From the IMG/VR virus record IMGVR_UViG_3300028586_000007, positions 1 to 43,624 of that record: a DNA stretch of 43,624 nt. One strand, written 5' to 3'. The stretch comes from a virus (taxonomy: Duplodnaviria > Caudoviricetes). The translations under genes and the position numbers were made by a program. The notes beneath the pieces were generated by a model, which was not told the origin of the DNA, did not search any database, and saw only the letters and a list, made by a program, of their open reading frames with translations. Positions 36,929 to 43,624 of this stretch are shown here, piece by piece. The number at the start of each line of letters is the position of its first letter. The first letter of the stretch is position 1.

Positions 36929-37830
36929 TGAAGGTGATTACGCCGATTTCCATCACCGATGCGGTACTCAGTTCCTCGTCGTTGGTCGAGAACGATACGG
37001 TCGACGCCCCTGTTTGGGTTGCTGGGACGTTCGCCGTCGGCGCGCGGCGGCGCCGGCCGAATCACCGCGTCTACGAATGTCTGACCGCTCACACCGCCAC
37101 GAATATATCCGCAGACTATCCAGAAAACAGTTCGAAATGGCTGCTGGTGCGCCCCACCAATCTGTACGCAGCATTCGATTCCGTGATCAGCACCCCGAGC
37201 ATCGGCGCGTCCGATGTCCTTTCATGGGTCCTCACGCCCGGTGTGCGGGTCGATTCGATTGCGATGTTTGGTGTCTATGGATCGAGCGTGCGGGTCCGGG
37301 TCACGAGGGCTGGGGTCGTCAAATACGACAAGACACAAAACTTGCGACTGAGGAACTGCAGGAGCTGGAGCGAGTGGTTCACGAAGGCCGTGACGTTCCG
37401 GCGCGATATCTCGTTCACCGACCTGCCAACCTATCGAGATGCGGTGATCGAGATCATCGTTTACTGGCCCGGCAATTTGCCTAGGGTCGCGGAGATGCAG
37501 ATAGGGCGATTCGACTTCTTGGGCAAGGTGCAATGGAAGCCGAGCGTTCGCACCGTCGATTATTCCAAGGTCGAGACCGACCAGTGGGGCAACACCAAGT
37601 TTTCGCCGAGGCGTGCGGTGCGCGTTGTCGAGTATGACCTATTTATCGAGAACGAAAACGTGGACGAAGCGATCCGGCTGCTGACCTTGGCCAAGTCTGC
37701 GCCTCGGGCGTGGCTGGGCAGCCCTAAATTCGGCGCGTTGAACCTGTTCGGGTTCGTTCAAGACTTTCAAGTCGTTGTAGACGGGCCGGCTGGCTCGTTT
37801 CTTAATATTCAGATTCAGGAGCTGACCTAG
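36928..37830 (+). CDS. Tail tip protein (distal-tail or hub-like, with CBM-like insert)
   Basis: Directly follows TMP; W..GT..VG.....RVYECL..H...P....W; DYSK..TD.WG. Confidence 0.7.
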   Translation: MKVITPISITDAVLSSSSLVENDTVDAPVWVAGTFAVGARRRRPNHRVYECLTAHTATNISADYPENSSKWLLVRPTNLYAAFDSVISTPSIGASDVLSWVLTPGVRVDSIAMFGVYGSSVRVRVTRAGVVKYDKTQNLRLRNCRSWSEWFTKAVTFRRDISFTDLPTYRDAVIEIIVYWPGNLPRVAEMQIGRFDFLGKVQWKPSVRTVDYSKVETDQWGNTKFSPRRAVRVVEYDLFIENENVDEAIRLLTLAKSAPRAWLGSPKFGALNLFGFVQDFQVVVDGPAGSFLNIQIQELT

Positions 37831-38522
37831 TGACCCCTATCACCGAAGTTCTTCCTACCCTGGGAATCTCCCCTAGCCGTGATGACCCTGACTTCGACGA
37901 CAACGCAGAGACGATGATGGATCGTCTCCCGCCGCTCCAGCAAGGCATGGATCGCATGGCCGGGCAGATGAACGTACTTGCCGTCGAAGTCAACGCGCTG
38001 TCGCAAGCCGCGAATCAGTCGGCCGCGGCAGCGCAGTCGGCGGCGCAAGCGGCCGGTGCCTCGCTATGGGTCTCGGGGCAGTCGTATGCGCCGGGCGCGC
38101 CGGTCATCGATCCAGTCGACCTGTTCCTTTACCGAAAACGTACCGCTAGCAGCTCGGGCACGACGTCGCCGCGCCTCGACCCGACGAACTGGAAGAACGT
38201 CTCGGTCGTTCCGGACGTGGCGGCCACGCTCGCCGACGCTGCCACGATTGCATGGGACGCTGGCGCCGTGCAGGTCCCTACCATCGTGCTGGGCGGGAAC
38301 CGCACGATCGCTGCCCCGACGAACCTCACGCCGCGAACCTACGTGATGTTCATCAAGCAGGACGCGGCGGGCGGCCGCGTGCCGACGTTCGACCAGGTGT
38401 TCGTCTTCCCCGACGATATCCAGCCGCAAATATCCCTGGAGCCGAATCGCATCACGATGTTCTCGTTTATCTGCGACGGCACCTACCTGCGCGCCTCCTA
38501 CCTTCCGGGGTACACCCGATGA
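37830..38522 (+). CDS. Tail fibre-like protein (coiled coil, CBM-like repeat, beta domain)
   Basis: Ala/Gln coiled coil, WVSG..Y..G..V motif, QDA.GGR...F domain. Confidence 0.7.
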   Translation: MTPITEVLPTLGISPSRDDPDFDDNAETMMDRLPPLQQGMDRMAGQMNVLAVEVNALSQAANQSAAAAQSAAQAAGASLWVSGQSYAPGAPVIDPVDLFLYRKRTASSSGTTSPRLDPTNWKNVSVVPDVAATLADAATIAWDAGAVQVPTIVLGGNRTIAAPTNLTPRTYVMFIKQDAAGGRVPTFDQVFVFPDDIQPQISLEPNRITMFSFICDGTYLRASYLPGYTR

Positions 38523-39415
38523 TCCCGATCGTCCTGCCGCGCCCGATCACGCTAAAGCCTGGCAATACGAACAACTTCAACATGCGGACAGCGGTCGGCA
38601 ACGTACGCGGCCCGGTGTGGCTGCGGTGCGTGGTTGAGGGTACGGTCGGCTCGACCAGCACGGCGACGCCGGCGCTGACCACCGGCACCGGCTGGGCGCC
38701 AGGCTCGCTGCTGCACCTGATCAACAAGGGCATTGTGCGCGGCAGCGTGGGCGCGACGGGGTCGAACGGCAGCGGCAGCAGCGGCAACTTTGGCACGAGC
38801 GGCGCCGGAGGTTCTGGAGGTTCTGGCGGCACGCCTTCTGGCCAGAGCGGTAGCAGCGGCGGCACCGGGGGCGCGGGCAGCGCGACTGACGGAGGCAGCG
38901 GAACGCCGGGAGGGCCTGCACTCGACGCCACGTCAAAAATCATTGTCAAGAACGAAGGCACGATTTCGGGAGGCGATGGAGGCCCGGCCGGGCTGGGCGG
39001 TATCGGCAGCGGCGGCTCGGGCGGCGGCGGCGGCGGCGGGGGTGGCGGCGGTAGGAGTTTCCGCGACTCGATTAGCAACGCGTATATCAGCACGCAGAAC
39101 GGAGGCGATGGCGGGTGGGGGGCTGGTAGAAACGGAAGTCGCACATTTGGCACGACTGGCCCATCTGGCAGTAAAGGCGGCGACGGCGGCATTTATCAAG
39201 GCTCGGGCACCGCCGGCCAGCAACCGGGCGGCGTAGTCCCGCCGTCCGGACAGAGCGCAACAAACTGGAGCGGCGGCGCCGGCGGGCCAAACGGCAGTCG
39301 CGGCACGACCCGCTACGGCAGCGACGGCTCGGCAGGCACGCGCGGCTACGCCGTGAACGGTACGGCCAATATCAAATTTGTTCAAACTGGCACCATCGTA
39401 GGGAGCACTGTATGA
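38519..39415 (+). CDS. Glycine-rich adhesin (T-even gp38-like)
   Basis: IN.G.V.G..G, GG.AL....I.N.G.I.GG, long G runs, C-terminal G.AV.G......G.I.G. Confidence 0.65.
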   Translation: MIPIVLPRPITLKPGNTNNFNMRTAVGNVRGPVWLRCVVEGTVGSTSTATPALTTGTGWAPGSLLHLINKGIVRGSVGATGSNGSGSSGNFGTSGAGGSGGSGGTPSGQSGSSGGTGGAGSATDGGSGTPGGPALDATSKIIVKNEGTISGGDGGPAGLGGIGSGGSGGGGGGGGGGGRSFRDSISNAYISTQNGGDGGWGAGRNGSRTFGTTGPSGSKGGDGGIYQGSGTAGQQPGGVVPPSGQSATNWSGGAGGPNGSRGTTRYGSDGSAGTRGYAVNGTANIKFVQTGTIVGSTV

Positions 39416-40005
39416 CCAAAATCTTCTACAAGATCATCGAAAGCGACCCGAGCGACCTGCAGATCAGCGTGCGCTTCTTCAGCGACAAGCTGCCTGAATC
39501 GGAACTCATGGTAGACGTCGGCCGCGCGCGTACCGATTACGCGATCTCGCTGCCTGTCCCAATCCCGAGCGGCGACGCTCTGCACGAGCTGATTATGCGA
39601 GCATGCCCGGTCGAATGGTTCCACTCGATGCATGCCGCGCGCGACCCGAACGTAGACACCGGCATGCCGCACATCGCGATCGGTACGGTGCGCGAGGTGG
39701 CGCCAGTCGTCCGTGAGCCCACCGAGGCCGAGCAGCTCGCGGCCTACGAGACCGAGGTCCAGCTGCACATGGAGCGGGCAGCGCAGGCGCGCGGCTACGA
39801 CAGCCTGATGACGGCGATCAGCTACGCGGATGAGCCGGCGGCGCCGCAGTTCCAGGAGGAGGGCATCGCCTTCCGCGCCTGGCGGTCCGCCTGCTGGCTC
39901 AAGTGCCACGACGTGCTGAATGCCTACCAGGCCGGCGACCGCGCGGCGCCGACTGTGGCCGAGCTGATCGCCGAACTGCCGACGCTCGGCGTCCCAGGCA
40001 CCTGA
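39412..40005 (+). CDS. Tail fibre assembly-like protein
   Basis: A.ARGYD...AISYA.......EG.AF.AWR...W pattern typical of post-fibre genes. Confidence 0.7.
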   Translation: MTKIFYKIIESDPSDLQISVRFFSDKLPESELMVDVGRARTDYAISLPVPIPSGDALHELIMRACPVEWFHSMHAARDPNVDTGMPHIAIGTVREVAPVVREPTEAEQLAAYETEVQLHMERAAQARGYDSLMTAISYADEPAAPQFQEEGIAFRAWRSACWLKCHDVLNAYQAGDRAAPTVAELIAELPTLGVPGT

Positions 40006-40028
40006 CCACCTGTCCTGCAACACCATCC

Positions 40029-40053
40029 AAGCCCGCTTCGGCGGGTTTTTTTT
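40029..40053 (+). terminator. Intrinsic terminator
   Basis: aagcccgc-ttcg-gcggg followed by eight T. Confidence 0.85.
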
Positions 40054-40072
40054 CGTCTTTTGAAAGAACCCC

Positions 40073-40306
40073 ATGTCAAAAATGAGCGGCCCCGAGGTGG
40101 GCAGCTACGCCGGTGGCGCAGTGTCCGTCAGCGCGGCCTTCACGTTGACCGAATTCGGCGTCGCGGTCGGCATCATCACCGCGCTGCTGACGTTCGCGTT
40201 GAACACTTGGTACACCCGGCAGAAAAACGCGCGCGAGCAGCGCCTGGCCGACCTCGACATCCGCGAACGCGAGGTACGCCTTGCGCAGCTGGAGGCCGCG
40301 AAATGA
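40073..40306 (+). CDS. Holin
   Basis: Hydrophobic segment(s) ending ..NTWY, charged tail; M-S-K-M possible dual start. Confidence 0.8.
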   Translation: MSKMSGPEVGSYAGGAVSVSAAFTLTEFGVAVGIITALLTFALNTWYTRQKNAREQRLADLDIREREVRLAQLEAAK

Positions 40307-40803
40307 CGCCGATCCGCCTCCTGCGCACCGCGATCATCCCGGCCCTGGCCGCGCTGGCGCCCTACGGGATCCGCGACGGCGCCGACGCCAGGCGGATCCT
40401 GCTGGCGATCGCAATTCAAGAATCCGGGCTCCGCCACCGACGCCAGGTCGGTGTTGGCGGCGCCGAGACCGGTCCGGCGTCGTCTTTCTGGCAGTTCGAA
40501 GCTGGCGGCGGCTGCAAGGGTGTGCTGTCCCATAGCCTGACCGCGCAGCGCATGCGCGAGCTGTGCAACGACTTCAACGTCACCCCGACGCCGCAGGGCC
40601 TGTGGGAAGCGATGCGCTACCAAGACATCGTCGCCGCGATCGCCGCGCGCCTCCTGATCTATACGCTGCCGCAGCAGCTGGCCACCACCGCCGAAGAAGG
40701 CTGGGCGCAGTACCTCGCCGCCTGGCGCCCGGGGAAGCCGCACCTCTCAACCTGGGCAGGCGCCTGGGCAACCGCAACCGAAACTGTGAAGGAAATCGCA
40801 TGA
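40303..40803 (+). CDS. Putative endolysin (lysozyme-like)
   Basis: AIAIQES...RRQ...GPA..FWQFE...W..Y...WRPGKP; coupled to the holin. Confidence 0.75.
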   Translation: MTPIRLLRTAIIPALAALAPYGIRDGADARRILLAIAIQESGLRHRRQVGVGGAETGPASSFWQFEAGGGCKGVLSHSLTAQRMRELCNDFNVTPTPQGLWEAMRYQDIVAAIAARLLIYTLPQQLATTAEEGWAQYLAAWRPGKPHLSTWAGAWATATETVKEIA

Positions 40804-40910
40804 AGAAGCGCACCCTGGTGCTGGCGCTGCTGATCACTCTGGCCGGCTGCGCCAACGTCACCGTCAAGGCCACTTTCCAATACCCCGCGCCGGCGGCGGT
40901 CGCTAAATGA
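40800..40910 (+). CDS. 36-aa lipoprotein
   Basis: MKKR, hydrophobic core and LAGC lipobox; AAGGA RBS; ATGA overlaps at both ends. Confidence 0.75.
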   Translation: MKKRTLVLALLITLAGCANVTVKATFQYPAPAAVAK

Positions 40911-41368
40911 AGCGCAAGGCCGAGTTCCTCACGGTGCTGGAAAACGGTCCGCTCGACGACACGGGCTTCGCGCTGCTGACGGCGAAGCTGGTCTATTTCT
41001 CGGCGAAAGCCGGACAGCAGTTCGAGGCGCTACCCGGGTTTCGCACGAATTTTGTTACCGGCCGCAAGTTGCTGGTGGTGCGCCGCATCGTGCAGGACAC
41101 GATGAACCCGGCGGCTGTCATCCACGACCAGCTGTACGACACCGGCGAGGTGAGCCGCGCGCTGGCCGACGAGGTCTTCCTGGAGGCGATGCTGGTTTTA
41201 GGCGTCGCTGGTTGGCGAGCTTACGCGGCCTACGCCGCCGTACGCGCGTTCGGCTGGAAGTTTTACCGTGCTGCGCCGGCGATCGGGGTGGAGAAGAACC
41301 CGGTGCGCCAGATCGAGCGGCAGTCCGAACTCGAACAGCGCTCGGGCGCCAGCAGCAACGCCATGTGA
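40907..41368 (+). CDS. DUF1353-like protein
   Basis: PGF.T, AAVIHD.LY, R..AD.VFLEAM, Y.AVR.FG. Confidence 0.8.
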   Translation: MKRKAEFLTVLENGPLDDTGFALLTAKLVYFSAKAGQQFEALPGFRTNFVTGRKLLVVRRIVQDTMNPAAVIHDQLYDTGEVSRALADEVFLEAMLVLGVAGWRAYAAYAAVRAFGWKFYRAAPAIGVEKNPVRQIERQSELEQRSGASSNAM

Positions 41369-41492
41369 CGTTACTACGTTCAATGCAGAATCAACTTGCA
41401 GGCAGGCGAGACGATCTTTACGCTTATCCATGTCACAATCTCATGTGAGTGATCTTGAGATAACGTAGCAGCTTACGTCCTGAGGAATTAAA

Positions 41493-41993
41493 ATGTTTGC
41501 CCCTTCTGCCCGCCACTTTCACGACGAAGACGCAGCTCAACTGTTCTTCGAAAAATGTCTCTGGACTAGCGGGCCGATTTGCCCGCACTGTGGCGGGGCA
41601 ACGCGAATTAATCTAATGAAAGGCAACAGCACACGCAACGGGACTTATAAATGTTACATGTGCCGCAAGCCTTTTACTGTAAAGGTCGGAACTATTTTCG
41701 AGAATTCTCGTGTACCGATGCATACTTGGTTGCGGGCGATCTATCTAATTACATCAGGCGCTGCGGATAGCTCGAACCAGCTCCATTCGCTACTCGGCGT
41801 TACACGGAAAACTGTATCACTCATGGCGCTTCGCATTCACCAAGCGTTGCACGCCAGCTCGAGTGCCTTGCGTAGCTCAGGTATCGATGAAGTCGAGGCA
41901 GGCCGACTTAATTCCCGCACTGCTGATGATGCTTTTGATGATGCGATATTAAAAATCGTCAAGTTATATCAGAGGTGGATGTCGGGACAATAG
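41493..41993 (+). pseudogene. Truncated IS1595-family transposase (zinc ribbon and HTH only)
   Basis: HFHDE.AA...W..GP.CPHCG...YKC..CRKPFTV.VGTIFE.S; no complete DDE domain. Confidence 0.75.
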
Positions 41994-43041
41994 GGTCAGG
42001 AAAATCTGCCTTGAGGACTCTGTCGACGATCCTAGAAAACAGCGCCGTATCTAAAAAATAATTGGGGTACGCCCTTTTGAGCGCATTAATGTCGGCAACT
42101 GAAACTAAGACAACCTGACGTCGAGACCCTTCAGGTATTTGGCTTTCAAGGTCTGTATACTGCCGATTGGCTTCGGCCGATTCTTTGTTTTTAAACCGGC
42201 GTACCGTAACCTTATTGGCATCCGGATCAAGCTCGACAATAAAATACTTTGCGTCTTTCGCTGAGCCGAGCGTATTAAGCGTTGTATTATATGCCCGAAG
42301 CATATCTCTTGCGGTAAGGCTGTCTGCAAGGTCTCGAATTTCCGCAACTAATTCATCCTTAGTCGTCGGCGTGCCCGGAATACAAGGTGTTCGCTCAATT
42401 GAAGCAATGGCAGTACCCATGAGAGAGAAAAAGCGAAGCCAGTCTGCGTCTCCCTGATTCGATTTGAGAGCTTGTTTTGTGAAGATACCTACAGCTTCAA
42501 CGGCTGTTGCCCAAGCGTGCTGTATTTGCGTGCGAACCTGCACTTCAACTCGGAGACCAGAATAGGGGATTCCAGGACCAGAACCGACATATTCATATAC
42601 TAGATGATATGACCTGTACCCGTCAGGTTTCGGGTTTACAATGTAGTCCTTCTCGTTTCGGAACTTGTGGCCAAATTGCGAAGTCTTATAAAGTTCGACT
42701 AGTTTATAGACATCCGCCAACTTATTGAACACTGCACGGCACCCGGCAATGTCCTGCATTTGTGTCATGCGCATTGTCTTTTTAGAGACAAGCTTACGGT
42801 GGATCGAATCGAGTCGTTTTTCCCGCTGGGCGACAATCACGTTCCGCTCAATTCTACGTGCACGATTGCGAAGCGTAATTTGAAATGTGTTAAGCGGATA
42901 AGCATGCGACGAACGCCAATTGTTGATGACGGAAAGCGCGGCGAGGCCTTCTTGCGTTGTCACTGGAAAAGACATTTTCCCGAGAGCCTTCCCGGCCGCA
43001 TTCACTTCTTCGGGTTCATATTCTGGAATTGCCCACGCCAT
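41959..43041 (-). CDS. capRel: CapRel-like fused toxSAS-antitoxin (RelA/SpoT domain) anti-phage protein
   Basis: NWR..H.YPL, R.KR..SI..KL, MQDIAGCR, DYI..PK..GYR..H, EVQVRT..QHAWAT.VE, C-terminal domain ending AYPNYF.DT; low GC. Confidence 0.8.
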   Translation of the reverse strand: MAWAIPEYEPEEVNAAGKALGKMSFPVTTQEGLAALSVINNWRSSHAYPLNTFQITLRNRARRIERNVIVAQREKRLDSIHRKLVSKKTMRMTQMQDIAGCRAVFNKLADVYKLVELYKTSQFGHKFRNEKDYIVNPKPDGYRSYHLVYEYVGSGPGIPYSGLRVEVQVRTQIQHAWATAVEAVGIFTKQALKSNQGDADWLRFFSLMGTAIASIERTPCIPGTPTTKDELVAEIRDLADSLTARDMLRAYNTTLNTLGSAKDAKYFIVELDPDANKVTVRRFKNKESAEANRQYTDLESQIPEGSRRQVVLVSVADINALKRAYPNYFLDTALFSRIVDRVLKADFPDPIVPTSTSDIT

Positions 43042-43120
43042 CTCTACCTCCGTATAGTGGTAGCAGAGTATCATGAAGCCAAGAAAGTGGGTACGTTAAG
43101 TATCGCGAGATAGGAGAAAC

Positions 43121-43480
43121 TTAACCGTGCTCTTCGTCGTGGTCTAGGACCGCAAACTCAATCTGCTCGAGCTTCGCGATAACCGCGACGAGCGACGCCT
43201 TCACCGCCTCGAAGAACGGGCGATGCACTTCGTCCACCACCACCCTGTCCTTGAACTCCGTTTCCCGGTGCAGCCAGATCGTGGTGTCCAGCAGCTCGCT
43301 CAGCGGCGACGCCACCACCAGCACCTGCTCTTCGTCCTGGCCGGCGCCAGCGATTAGCACCGGTAGCGCCGTCTTGAACGGGCCAGCCCGGTCGCTAAAA
43401 TGGTGCACCAGGTTCGGCTCCTGCTGGCCGGCCGAGGGGTCGAATTCGATATCAGGATGCTGCGTGTGTCGGATGAACAT
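43121..43480 (-). CDS. Hypothetical protein next to att
   Basis: 119-aa ORF with phage-like codon usage. Confidence 0.65.
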   Translation of the reverse strand: MFIRHTQHPDIEFDPSAGQQEPNLVHHFSDRAGPFKTALPVLIAGAGQDEEQVLVVASPLSELLDTTIWLHRETEFKDRVVVDEVHRPFFEAVKASLVAVIAKLEQIEFAVLDHDEEHG

Positions 43481-43540
43481 GGCTCAAAATTCCCTGTGAA
43501 TTCCCCGACGCTTGTCGGGGTCGCCTCTTCTCAACCACCG

Positions 43541-43576
43541 AAAAGCAAAAAGCCCTTGAAAATCAAGGGCTTTCTT
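43541..43576 (-). terminator. Phage-supplied intrinsic terminator downstream of the reconstituted tRNA
   Basis: Inverted repeat aagcccttga-aaa-tcaagggctt followed on the minus strand by TTTTTGCTTTT. Confidence 0.8.
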
Positions 43577-43579
43577 ATC

Positions 43580-43624
43580 CTGGCGGAGAGAGGGGGATTC
43601 GAACCCCCGGTAGGCTATGAACCT
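43580..43624. repeat. Right att core
   Basis: Identical 45-bp copy of 1-45. Confidence 0.95.
43581..43624 (-). tRNA. 3' half of a tRNA, probably tRNA-Ser (5' half outside the window)
   Basis: Minus strand reads AGGTTCATAGCCTACC-GGGGGTTCGAATCCCCC-TCTCTCC-G-CCA: long variable arm, T-arm with GTTCGAATC, G discriminator and CCA. The anticodon is not visible. Confidence 0.8.

Larger units (their letters stand above)
1..43624. mobile_element. Complete integrated temperate prophage (lambdoid, HK97-like siphovirus) inserted in the 3' end of a tRNA gene
   Basis: 45-bp terminal direct repeats, integrase at one end, and a full ordered set of lysogeny, replication, packaging, head, tail and lysis genes. 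Confidence 0.97.

Noticed and set aside
36928-40005. Diversity-generating retroelement or invertible fibre cassette
   Set aside because: No reverse transcriptase, invertase or template/variable repeat pair seen
41369-41490. Terminal inverted repeats and target duplication for the IS1595 fragment
   Set aside because: No convincing matching pair found by eye with the region near 42000 or 43075-43120

Overview
The window is one complete, apparently intact temperate prophage of about 43.6 kb. It is bounded by a perfect 45-bp direct repeat (1-45 and 43580-43624) matching the 3' half of a long-variable-arm tRNA, most likely tRNA-Ser, on the minus strand. The genome is lambdoid and HK97-like (siphovirus). 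From left to right it carries: integrase and excisionase; a leftward early operon (J-domain protein, repeat-containing C5 DNA methyltransferase, YqaJ exonuclease, RecT-like annealase, small ORFs); PL with operators; three cI-linked accessory genes; the cI/cro switch with readable promoters and operators; cII; a DUF1376-type replication initiator with an internal iteron array; RusA; Q with a late promoter and a hairpin-dense leader; HNH, cos region and terminase; portal, ClpP-type protease and HK97-fold capsid; an unusual inserted block (FN3 protein, SGNH/SASA esterase, adaptor); head-tail joining genes; tail tube and frameshifted chaperones; an 1822-aa tape measure protein; a minimal tail tip with a gp38-like polyglycine adhesin; a lysis cassette without recognisable spanins (holin, endolysin, 36-aa lipoprotein, DUF1353); and low-GC right-end cargo (truncated IS1595-type transposase and a CapRel-like fused toxSAS defence gene). 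High GC and gene style suggest a betaproteobacterial host (inference only). The strongest candidates for something undescribed are the spanin-less lysis cassette, the methyltransferase with six tandem TRD-like repeats, the capsid-linked esterase/FN3 appendage module, the rex-position operon and two structured non-coding regions. All family assignments come from motifs recognised by eye; no searches were run.
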